Shown here in pieces: positions 51,886 through 60,075 of a DNA stretch of 64,000 bases. The position numbers and the translations under genes were made by a program. Location: positions 35,951-99,950 of the forward strand of contig CACEWP010000003.1 in assembly GCA_902563305.1 (NCBI GenBank). The letters are read 5' to 3'. Position 1 is the stretch's first letter; every line of letters starts with the position of its first letter. Origin of the DNA: an uncultured Alphaproteobacteria bacterium (GTDB lineage: Bacteria; Pseudomonadota; Alphaproteobacteria; Methylaequorales; Methylaequoraceae). The notes under the pieces were generated by a model. The model ran no database searches, was not told the origin of the DNA, and saw only the letters and a list, made by a program, of their open reading frames with translations.

Positions 51886-52611
51886 ATGATCCAAAAAATT
51901 TTTAGATTTTTAAAAAACCCTAGACCGTATATAGAAAACATACATTCTAGATACACTAAAAAAAAAAAACCAGAGCTATTATACAAGGCTAAAAGTTTTT
52001 TTATTGAAAAGGGATATATAAAATATTTTTCATCTGGCTCTAAAACTGAATTCAAACCTGACTATTTAGATCTGATAAATTTATTTAAAATAATCATCTC
52101 AAGAAAACCAAAAGTTGTTCTTGAATTTGGAGTTGGCTTTTCAACTATCGCTATTCTTCTTGCTCTTAATGAAAATTCTAAAACTGGAGTAAATGGAAAG
52201 TTATATGTTGTGGATCCAGAAAAAAAATGGATTGAAAATACAAAAAAAAAAATTCCAGAATTTTTGAAAAATTATGTATCCTTTAATTACTCTCAAGTAA
52301 GAATTAACATTTTAAACGGGCAAATTGTAAGTTTATTTGATCAATTACCTGATATTTCTCCTGATATTATTTTACTGGACGGTCCCAATCCAGAATCAGT
52401 AAAAGGAAGTTATAAAGGTTTAAAATTTTCATCTGGTAGATCAATTGTAGCAGCTGATATTCTTCTTTATGAAAGTTCATTTCCTAGTAAATTTTTTATG
52501 ATTATAGATGGAAGACATAAAAATGCTGATTTTTTAAAAAATAATCTTAAATATAATTATAACATAAAAAAAAATACTGCATTAAAAAGATTTACTTTTG
52601 AAAAACTGTGA
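51886..52611 (+). CDS. Hypothetical protein with a methyltransferase-like Rossmann motif
   Basis: 241 aa with VVLEFGVGFSTIAIL and IILLDGPNP. It contains an in-frame A11 run (51958-51968). Confidence 0.5.
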   Translation: MIQKIFRFLKNPRPYIENIHSRYTKKKKPELLYKAKSFFIEKGYIKYFSSGSKTEFKPDYLDLINLFKIIISRKPKVVLEFGVGFSTIAILLALNENSKTGVNGKLYVVDPEKKWIENTKKKIPEFLKNYVSFNYSQVRINILNGQIVSLFDQLPDISPDIILLDGPNPESVKGSYKGLKFSSGRSIVAADILLYESSFPSKFFMIIDGRHKNADFLKNNLKYNYNIKKNTALKRFTFEKL

Positions 52612-52739
52612 GTAATAAAACTAAATTAGACCATAAAATTTAAAAAATTTCCCATAATATTTCTCAATAATAAATAACAAGATAGATAGAAGAGAAGAAA
52701 TAGTTTATAAATTTTTATAAAACTAAAATGCTCTTAATA

Positions 52740-54665
52740 TTATTTAAATTGTAGAATTAAATTTGATAAATATTTTGCTAAATAAAGAGAGCCATATTTA
52801 GATAAATGGTCAGGATCTTTGTATATTCTTTTATTATTTAGAATTCCTTTACATTTATTTTCGTTGCAAATCAAAAGTGATGGTTCAAAAACCTTGATCT
52901 TTGGATAATTTTTTGCAATCTTTTTAACTAATTCGTTATACCGCTTACTCCTTATAAAATATTCCTTTTTACTAACAAAGCATTCTTTAATTTGTGGTTT
53001 TTTTAGCCAAAAATTTTTCCCGAGAAATTTAATCTTTTTTCCCTCTAAGTCACATAATCGTTCCGATACTCCGAGCTCTGGAATATCGATTATGTATAGT
53101 ATATTTTTATTTTTTCCCAACTGTGAAAGTCTTTGAAATGTTTCATTCATAGCAACTTCAAAGATTTTCCATGCATCTTTGATATCTTTTTGAAGATCAT
53201 GTGTTATTTTCAGATCTTTTATTCTATTTTCTCCCTTATTTTTGAAAGTCTTCTTGTCAAGGTAGACAGGACCCATGTTTGATAAAATTAAAGTATTATA
53301 TTTTGAATCTTCAATAAATAGATTAAGAGAGTTGCTCATTTTTTTCTTGCAAAAACCCTCTCTTCTCTTGGAGTCCACTTTGTTAAGATTGAAAAGTGGG
53401 ATACATCCATTTACGGAATGATCTTCAACTCTATTTTTTCCAAAAAACTCTTTTAACCCCCAGTAATATTGTGAGGCATGTGAATCTCCTAAAATCATTA
53501 TTGATTTATCAATTACGAATTTTGGAGAGATGAAATCCTTGTTTACAAAACTATCTGTTTTATCTTTAACATAAAAATGTCCTAATAAACCAATTGCTAA
53601 TAAAAGAAATGATGAAGAAAAATAATAGATAAAAATTTTTTTTGAAGATATTTTTTCTCTATCACGAAATGGTTTTTCAACATAATTCCAACTTAAAAAG
53701 GAAAAAAACACAATAGTTAGCAAAGTGAGTTCTAAGTTTATTTTTATACCATTGTAGTTCAGAATTGCTAAAACCGGGAAATGAATTATATATAAGCTGT
53801 AACTTATTAAACCAAAATAGTTTATAACCCTATTTTCCAATATTTTTTTTGTAAAGAAAGTATTTTGAGAATAAGAGATTAATATCATCGTTGATATAAT
53901 AGGAATCAAAGTAAAATAACCAGGGTGTCTAGTCTCTTTATTAAATAAAAAGAAAGAAATGAGTATTAAAAAAATAGCCAATAGAGAGAGAGACTCGCAA
54001 TAATTTTTATTAATACTCTTTCTTCTCTTTTGCATTAAGTAAAAGCAAATTGCTCCTGCCATAATCTCCCAGATTCGAGAGGTAATTAGATAAAAATTTG
54101 CATCCTTGTTTGTTTTTGATATCCAAAAAGATAAAAACATAGAAATTAGAGCAACAGCGACAATTATATTTAATTTTGGTTTTTTTAGTTTTTCGAGAAA
54201 TAATAAAAGAATAGGAAAGAATAAATAAAATTGCATTTCAACTGAAAGACTCCAGGTATGAAGTAATGGTTTGATACTATTGTCCCTCGCGAAATATTCA
54301 CCTTCTTCCAACCAAAATAAAAAGTTTGAGGATAAAGCTGTTATTGCAAATACACTTTCAAAGAAATTTCGTCCATCAGCAGGAATAAAGTTGATAATAA
54401 CGAAGGGAATAACTAATAATATTACTAAATAAAGAATTGGGATGATTCTTCTAATCCTTCTTTCATAAAAATGAATCAAGTTAAATTTTTTCTTTTTTAA
54501 TTCTTCATTGACTATGAGAGATATTAGATAACCGCTTATCACAAAAAAGATATCTACGCCTAAATATCCTCCAGAAAAAAATTTTACATTAGCATGGTAA
54601 AGGACAACAGCTAATACAGCGATTCCTCGTATGCCATCTATATCTTTCCTATGATTTGATTTCAC
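52740..54665 (-). CDS. Acyltransferase-3 family O-acyltransferase with a C-terminal SGNH domain (OafA/YrhL type)
   Basis: 641 aa with RKDIDGIRGIAVLAVVLYHA, about 10 TM helices, then a soluble domain containing MILGDSHA. Confidence 0.85.
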   Translation of the reverse strand: MKSNHRKDIDGIRGIAVLAVVLYHANVKFFSGGYLGVDIFFVISGYLISLIVNEELKKKKFNLIHFYERRIRRIIPILYLVILLVIPFVIINFIPADGRNFFESVFAITALSSNFLFWLEEGEYFARDNSIKPLLHTWSLSVEMQFYLFFPILLLFLEKLKKPKLNIIVAVALISMFLSFWISKTNKDANFYLITSRIWEIMAGAICFYLMQKRRKSINKNYCESLSLLAIFLILISFFLFNKETRHPGYFTLIPIISTMILISYSQNTFFTKKILENRVINYFGLISYSLYIIHFPVLAILNYNGIKINLELTLLTIVFFSFLSWNYVEKPFRDREKISSKKIFIYYFSSSFLLLAIGLLGHFYVKDKTDSFVNKDFISPKFVIDKSIMILGDSHASQYYWGLKEFFGKNRVEDHSVNGCIPLFNLNKVDSKRREGFCKKKMSNSLNLFIEDSKYNTLILSNMGPVYLDKKTFKNKGENRIKDLKITHDLQKDIKDAWKIFEVAMNETFQRLSQLGKNKNILYIIDIPELGVSERLCDLEGKKIKFLGKNFWLKKPQIKECFVSKKEYFIRSKRYNELVKKIAKNYPKIKVFEPSLLICNENKCKGILNNKRIYKDPDHLSKYGSLYLAKYLSNLILQFK

Positions 54666-54861
54666 ATGCTTATTTTAATAACAAGTAAAAGAATAAACTA
54701 GATTTTTTTCAATATTCATAATACGAAGCATTGGAAATAATGACTATTCAAAGTAAAAAAATTATATCGATAGTCTATAATTTTGTATGTTATTAATTAT
54801 TGATAAGAATAATAAAACTTATGAGATTGAGTGCTAATTAAAGAAGTGGCAAATATTTTTT

Positions 54862-54929
54862 TGATACCCCTAGTCCAACTTGAACGGACAAGAAACGAAG
54901 TTCAATTGATTTTGAATTAGTTGCGTTGC
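54862..54929 (-). pseudogene. Decayed copy of the 3' ~68 nt of tRNA-Leu(CAA)
   Basis: The plus-strand text tgatacccctagtccaacttgaacggacaagaaacgaagttcaattgattttgaattagttgcgttg aligns to 58621-58688 of the intact tRNA-Leu at roughly 83% identity in the same orientation. The T arm still folds, but the anticodon stem is broken and the 5' acceptor and D arm are absent. Confidence 0.7.
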
Positions 54930-55031
54930 TGTATAAGTCATTGATTTAAAAACAGATAAATTTTACTACCACACTTTTTTTTCAAAATCTGTGATGATAC
55001 CCTTATACACGTTAAAGCATTACTTAAAATA

Positions 55032-55108
55032 GTGGTTGTTGCTCAGTTGGTTTAAACGCAGGTTTGTGGTGCCGGATGTTGGGAGTTCAAATCCACTCAG
55101 CCAACCCA
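55032..55108 (+). pseudogene. tRNA-His(GTG)-like sequence, probably degenerate
   Basis: It has the D-loop GCTCAGTTGG, the anticodon loop TTGTGGT, the T-loop GTTCAAATC and a 3' CCA. My hand fold leaves mismatches in the acceptor (G1-A72), D stem (2), anticodon stem (1) and T stem (2). Confidence 0.35.
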
Positions 55109-55130
55109 TTCAACTAAATTGATAAAATTT

Positions 55131-55940
55131 TTACTGACAATTTTCTATATCTACTTTTGTGTCTAAAAATTCATCTCCATTATAATTATTTTTAACACCT
55201 TTTATTGTAGAAGCATCTTCGAAATCAAAGCCAGAACTAATTCTTATGTATTTATCATCAATACATTTTTTATGAGATGGATCAAATGCTACCCAACCTA
55301 GATTATTTATAAAAATTTCAACCCAAGCATGAGTGGTATTTTCACCTGAAACTGTATCTTCTAACAAAAAACCATTAATATATCTGGCTGGGAGTTGATT
55401 AAACCTTGCTGCGCTAATAAGAATATGAGCAAAATCCTGACAGACACCTTTTTTCTGCATCAAAGCATCCTTTGAACTAGTATATGTTGTTGTTGACCCA
55501 CTAACGTATTTAATAGAATTTGAAACTATTAAGTTAAGCGTATGGGCAAATTCTATTTGGTTTTTATTATTTTTTTTTGCATTTTCTGAAATTTTCTCAA
55601 TATTTTTACATGGTTTTGTTAAATCTGTTTCTCTAAGAAAACAAAGCGGATTAACCTTTTCTCTCAAACCTTTTACTACACCAGATAAATCTTTTGTTTT
55701 TAATATTCCTTTAGAAGTAATTTTAAGTTGACCATGAAAATTATTAATAAAAATATTTTGTATTCTATGTCCTAAGGCATCAGTGTGTGATTCTAATATT
55801 TTTCCATTATTTGAAAATGTTTCCCATTTTATAATTTCCTGATTTTCACAGACCGAGGGATATAGTTTTAAACATTGAATAAGCCTTGGCACTGTTAAAT
55901 TATATTTATAAGTTGTAGAGTGAGTAATTTTAATTTTCAT
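55131..55940 (-). CDS. Transglutaminase-like cysteine protease/ligase (Bact_transglu_N + transglutaminase core)
   Basis: 269 aa with MKIKITHSTTYKYNLTV...LKLYP, the catalytic-Cys context KGVCQDFAH, and HAWVE...FDPS. Confidence 0.9.
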   Translation of the reverse strand: MKIKITHSTTYKYNLTVPRLIQCLKLYPSVCENQEIIKWETFSNNGKILESHTDALGHRIQNIFINNFHGQLKITSKGILKTKDLSGVVKGLREKVNPLCFLRETDLTKPCKNIEKISENAKKNNKNQIEFAHTLNLIVSNSIKYVSGSTTTYTSSKDALMQKKGVCQDFAHILISAARFNQLPARYINGFLLEDTVSGENTTHAWVEIFINNLGWVAFDPSHKKCIDDKYIRISSGFDFEDASTIKGVKNNYNGDEFLDTKVDIENCQ

Positions 55941-56896
55941 GTTTCTGATCCAAAAAAGTATTTTTGCTCAAATTTTTTATAAATAAAATTTATTTCTTCA
56001 ATAAAGGATTTTAAAAATTCATGCAAACCAATTTCTGTAATTTTATTAGCATTTAGATTTTTTATTCTTTTATACATAAGTCGCATTTTTTTATTTGAAG
56101 AAGAGGTTTGTTTATAAAATTTTGATAACCTTCCTAAATGATGATTTATTTTTTCTATTGAAAAAATTAAAGATCTTGGGCAAGTCATATTCATAATTAA
56201 AAAATCTATAATTTTAGTGTATGTAATTTCTTGTCCTCCATAAGCCCATTTAAATGCTCTGAATGATGAAATTGATCTTAACATTAAACTCCATTGAAAA
56301 TTGTCAATATCACTTCCGACATAGTTTATACTTGGAAGTAAAATAAAATATTTAACGTTAATAATTCTTGCAGTAAAATCTGCTCTTTCAAAATAAGTTC
56401 CTAATATTAAAAAATCATAACCATCATTAATTAGCTGGGTGTTAAGTATTGTGCCTCTAATTAAATTTACTTGTTTTTTTATCCATTCAATAATTTCAGG
56501 CAATTCTTTTAAGATATTCTTTGTATCTTTTAAATTCTTATCAAGTTCATGATAAGAGGAATTTATTGCATTCCAAACCTCTAAAGTAACAGCAGTTCTG
56601 ACCATTCTTATATTTTCCCTTGCTGTCTTTATACAGTTTTTAACTGAAGAAAAGTTTTCTGGGTCAAAAAGAAGAAAGAAAATAATTTTCTCTTTAGAAA
56701 TTGTTTTATATTTTTTTAGGTATTCATTTTTAATTCCCGAAGTTTCTAGAATTGATTCCCATTCATTTGTATAACCTCTTTCCGTGTTAGGGATCAAAGA
56801 AATTCTGTATCCAACCTCTAAAAGTCTAGCTAAAGAATCGGCTCGTTCTATATATCTTGCTGACCAAAATAAATTTTCTGCAGTTCTACTTAACAT
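55937..56896 (-). CDS. Alpha-E domain protein (DUF403)
   Basis: 319 aa. The N-terminal MLSRTAENLFWSARYIERADSLARLLEV is the hallmark alpha-E opening. It overlaps the downstream gene by 4 nt. Confidence 0.9.
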   Translation of the reverse strand: MLSRTAENLFWSARYIERADSLARLLEVGYRISLIPNTERGYTNEWESILETSGIKNEYLKKYKTISKEKIIFFLLFDPENFSSVKNCIKTARENIRMVRTAVTLEVWNAINSSYHELDKNLKDTKNILKELPEIIEWIKKQVNLIRGTILNTQLINDGYDFLILGTYFERADFTARIINVKYFILLPSINYVGSDIDNFQWSLMLRSISSFRAFKWAYGGQEITYTKIIDFLIMNMTCPRSLIFSIEKINHHLGRLSKFYKQTSSSNKKMRLMYKRIKNLNANKITEIGLHEFLKSFIEEINFIYKKFEQKYFFGSET

Positions 56897-56901
56897 ATTA
56901 A

Positions 56902-58308
56902 CTATTCATTGAGTATCCATGTATCCTTAACTCCTCCACCTTGAGACGAATTAACCACCAACGAACCCTGATTTAAAGCAACCCTTGTTAATCCACCATC
57001 AACTAATTTTGTTTTATTGGCTCCAACCAAACAAAATGGTCTAAGATCAACGTGTCTTGGAGATAATTTTTTTTTATCAAAGATTGGTACTGAGGACAAT
57101 TCAAGTATTGGTTGTGCTATATAGTTTGATGGATTTAAAAGGATTTTTTTTCGAAAAATTTCTATTTCTTTTTTTGATGATTTACTTCCAATTAATAAAC
57201 CATAACCTCCAGAGCCATGGACTTCTTTAACAACTAATTTATTTAGATTTTTAAGAACATATTTTTTTGCATCTTCTTCACAGCATCGCCAGGTTTTTAC
57301 ATTTTCTAATATTGGCTCTTCTCCTAGGTAAAATTTAATTATTTCAGGTATGTAAGAATAAATAGCTTTATCGTCAGCGATACCTGAACCTGGAGCGGAA
57401 CAAATATTTACATTACCAGACTTATATGAATCAAATAAGCCAGGAATTCCAATAAGTGAGGAACTATCAAAAGTAATTGGATCAATAAATTTATCATCAA
57501 TTCTTCTATAAATTATATCAACTTTTTCTGGTCCCCTAGTGGTTTTCATATAGGTTATAGATTCGTCAACGAAAAGATCATTTCCTTGGACCAATTCAAC
57601 CCCCATAAGGTCAGCAAGAAAGCTATGCTCATAATATGCGCTATTTAAAGAGCCAGGGGTAAGTATTACAACTTTTGGTTCTTTATTGCATTTTTTTGGG
57701 GCTAGACTTTTTAGAACTTCTAACAAATAATTTGGATAGTTTTCTACAGTTTCGATTTTTAATTTTTCAAATAATTCGGGAAACATTCTCATCATTATTT
57801 CTCTATTTTCAATCATATATGAAACTCCAGACGGAGTTCGACAATTATCCTCTAGAACTTTAAAAGTTTTTTCGTTAATTCGCACTATATCAGATCCAAT
57901 AATTGGACTGTAAATTCTTTTAGGAACCTTAAAACCTATCATTTTTATTTCATATGCAGGGTTTTTATAAATTAAATTTTCAGGTATTAATTTTGCTTTT
58001 ATAATTTCACCAGAATTATAGATATCATTCAGAAAGGCATTAACGGCTAATGCTCTTTGGATAACTCCTTTTTTAATTTTTTTCCATTCTGTTGAAGAGA
58101 TTATTCTTGGAAACATATCAAATGGAATTAGACGCTCAGTAGAATCAAAGTTATTATATACAGAAAATGTAATACCTATCTTTTTAAAAAGATTTTCAGC
58201 TTCATTTTTTTTTTTAACAATTACATTTTCAGGCAAAGATTTAGCCCAATCATATATTTGATTATAAAATTTTCTTACTTTAGAGTTTTTGTAAACTTCG
58301 TTATACAT
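56902..58308 (-). CDS. Circularly permuted type-2 ATP-grasp protein (DUF404/DUF407)
   Basis: 468 aa. This is the conserved first gene of the ATP-grasp / alpha-E / transglutaminase triad described by comparative genomics (Iyer et al. 2009). Size and gene context match. Confidence 0.85.
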   Translation of the reverse strand: MYNEVYKNSKVRKFYNQIYDWAKSLPENVIVKKKNEAENLFKKIGITFSVYNNFDSTERLIPFDMFPRIISSTEWKKIKKGVIQRALAVNAFLNDIYNSGEIIKAKLIPENLIYKNPAYEIKMIGFKVPKRIYSPIIGSDIVRINEKTFKVLEDNCRTPSGVSYMIENREIMMRMFPELFEKLKIETVENYPNYLLEVLKSLAPKKCNKEPKVVILTPGSLNSAYYEHSFLADLMGVELVQGNDLFVDESITYMKTTRGPEKVDIIYRRIDDKFIDPITFDSSSLIGIPGLFDSYKSGNVNICSAPGSGIADDKAIYSYIPEIIKFYLGEEPILENVKTWRCCEEDAKKYVLKNLNKLVVKEVHGSGGYGLLIGSKSSKKEIEIFRKKILLNPSNYIAQPILELSSVPIFDKKKLSPRHVDLRPFCLVGANKTKLVDGGLTRVALNQGSLVVNSSQGGGVKDTWILNE

Positions 58309-58349
58309 CTTTCTTCACTTTTAATCGGAGTGGAAAGAGACAAACGGAT

Positions 58350-58395
58350 GCGTTCCTTCGGTTTCAAACCTACTTCCGACCACAATGGTTGAACG
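58350..58395 (-). promoter_or_regulatory. Candidate glutamine riboswitch aptamer (glnA RNA motif-like)
   Basis: The minus strand reads CGUUC-AACCAUUGUGGU-CGGAAGUAGG-UUUGAAA-CCGAAGGAACGC. It has P1 CGUUC/GAACG, two mini-hairpins, and the conserved CGGAAGUAGG and CCGAAGGAACGC blocks as I recall them for Rfam glnA RNA. It sits 41 nt upstream of the ATG at 58308. Confidence 0.7.
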
Positions 58396-58620
58396 TTTAT
58401 TAAAGATTATAACTAATCAATTTCTAAAGCAAGAGTTATTTGGTTTGTGGTAACGAAGGACGGGTGACAAATTCTCTCAATTAATAATAACAATAAATCT
58501 TTTTTACTGAGTTAATTTGTAAAAAACAAGGTTCACAATGTAAATGTCTATAACAATAATAAATCTTATTGAATATAATTTTTAATAAATTCTTAAACTT
58601 CTACTCGCATTGATTTTAGA

Positions 58621-58707
58621 TGGTACCCCTAGTCCGACTCGAACGGACATGAACCGAAGTTCAACGGATTTTGAATCCGTCGCGTCTACCAATTCCGCCA
58701 TAGGGGC
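58621..58707 (-). tRNA. tRNA-Leu (anticodon CAA)
   Basis: The reverse complement is GCCCCTATGGCGGAATTGGTAGACGCGACGGATTCAAAATCCGTTGAACTTCGGTTCATGTCCGTTCGAGTCGGACTAGGGGTACCA. It folds with the anticodon arm ACGGA-TTCAAAA-TCCGT and a long variable arm GAAC-TTCG-GTTC. The T arm is GTCCG-TTCGAGT-CGGAC and CCA is encoded. Confidence 0.95.
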
Positions 58708-58786
58708 TTTATTTTCGATATATAAATTTCTTTAAATCTTCAATACTATAGAATATTTAAGTTTAAAAAACATTTTTTTAAATATA

Positions 58787-59503
58787 CTAAAGACTTGAAA
58801 TTTTGAACTCTCGAGCTTTGAAAAAAGACGTGTGGTAATAATGAGAAATTAAATCATATTTATTTTTTTGAAGAATTTTAAAAGTTTTTGTTTTGAAAAT
58901 ATCTTCTGTTTTTTCTACGTGAACTTCTACAGTTATAATTTTAGGTCTTAATAATTCAAAATTAATTCCTTGCAATACACTTAACTCATGACCTTCAACA
59001 TCAATATTAAGAAGCTCAATGTTTTTTTTAATTTTTAGATTCCTAACAATATCAGATAATTTGCTTTTCTTTAACTTTTGAATTTTATATTTTCCAATAG
59101 ATCTAGACCATTTATCTGCCCAACTTTTTTCTAGTGTATTAAGCCCAGATCCTGAACTAAAGATATATGATTTTACAGATCCAGAATTAGATGAAATTGC
59201 GATTCTTTGGGAATGATCTCTTTTCCGAAAGAGTTTAAATAATCTTATATTTTTCTCAACAATGTCAAAGTTTAAACCGTTCCAACCCCTCTTATAAAGG
59301 TGATAGGTTAGTGAGCCATTCACTGGATGTAAAGCTCCAACATCAATATAGAATCCTCTTTTATTTTTAAAAATTTTGTTAAGGAGTACATCTTCTCCTG
59401 TCGCACCAAAAGCTTTAAAATAACGAAATTGATATTTGAAATATCTATAAATATGATAAAAAAATAGATTTTTAATATACTTGCTTTTAAAATTTTCTAT
59501 CAT
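58787..59503 (-). CDS. FkbM family methyltransferase
   Basis: 238 aa. FYIDVGALHPVNGSLTYHLYKRGWNGLNFDIVEKNIRLF and LLNIDVEGHELSVLQG are FkbM-type motifs. Confidence 0.7.
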   Translation of the reverse strand: MIENFKSKYIKNLFFYHIYRYFKYQFRYFKAFGATGEDVLLNKIFKNKRGFYIDVGALHPVNGSLTYHLYKRGWNGLNFDIVEKNIRLFKLFRKRDHSQRIAISSNSGSVKSYIFSSGSGLNTLEKSWADKWSRSIGKYKIQKLKKSKLSDIVRNLKIKKNIELLNIDVEGHELSVLQGINFELLRPKIITVEVHVEKTEDIFKTKTFKILQKNKYDLISHYYHTSFFKAREFKISSL

Positions 59504-59556
59504 GCTCAGAGTTTACAATTTAAAATTAAAATTAATCAACTAAATATTAAAAAGTC

Positions 59557-60075
59557 ATGCCTCATATCTTTAACAATAATTCTAAAGTTAAGAATAGTCT
59601 TTTTTCAGAAAAGATATATTTTTTGTTAATTTTGATTATTTCTATTTTTGTCTTAATATCAGCTTATGTTTTGGAATATTTCTTTAACTATCCACCATGC
59701 AAGTTGTGTTTGTATCAACGTATTCCATATTTTATTTTAATTTTTTTAGCAATATCATCTTTTTTAACTGATAAATTATTTATACTTAAATTTTGTTGTT
59801 TTACCTGTTTTTTAACAATTCTTTTAATTTCAGGTTTTCATTCTCTTGTTGAAAGAAAACTTGTGAGCTTTGATATTGGATGTACTGCGTCAAATTCTGA
59901 ATTTGAAAATATTGAAGATCTCAGAAACTTCCTAGAGAAGGTTCCACTCACAAAATGTGATGAAGTGGCATTATCCATTTTTGGTTTATCACTAGCAAAT
60001 CTAAACTTGATCATTTCAATCATTTTAATATTATTAAGTATCGCAATGTTAAAGAATTATGAAAAAAGAAAATAA
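59557..60075 (+). CDS. dsbB: Disulfide bond formation protein B
   Basis: 172 aa with 4 TM helices, the first Cys pair in PPCKLCLYQRIPY and a second pair in the periplasmic loop (GCTAS...TKCDE). Confidence 0.8.
   Translation: MPHIFNNNSKVKNSLFSEKIYFLLILIISIFVLISAYVLEYFFNYPPCKLCLYQRIPYFILIFLAISSFLTDKLFILKFCCFTCFLTILLISGFHSLVERKLVSFDIGCTASNSEFENIEDLRNFLEKVPLTKCDEVALSIFGLSLANLNLIISIILILLSIAMLKNYEKRK

Noticed and set aside
54995-55006. tgatacccttat resembles the 3' end of the Leu relic (tgatacccctag) and could be a second att-like remnant.
   Set aside because: It is only about 10 of 12 nt over a very short span, which is too short to distinguish from chance without statistics.
58350-58362. ACCGAAGGA in the operon leader first suggested a glycine riboswitch core (CCGAAGGAGCAA).
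   Set aside because: No GGAGAG or CUCAGGCAAAAGGAC-type elements are present, and there is no second aptamer. The whole 46-nt element fits the glnA-type glutamine aptamer much better.
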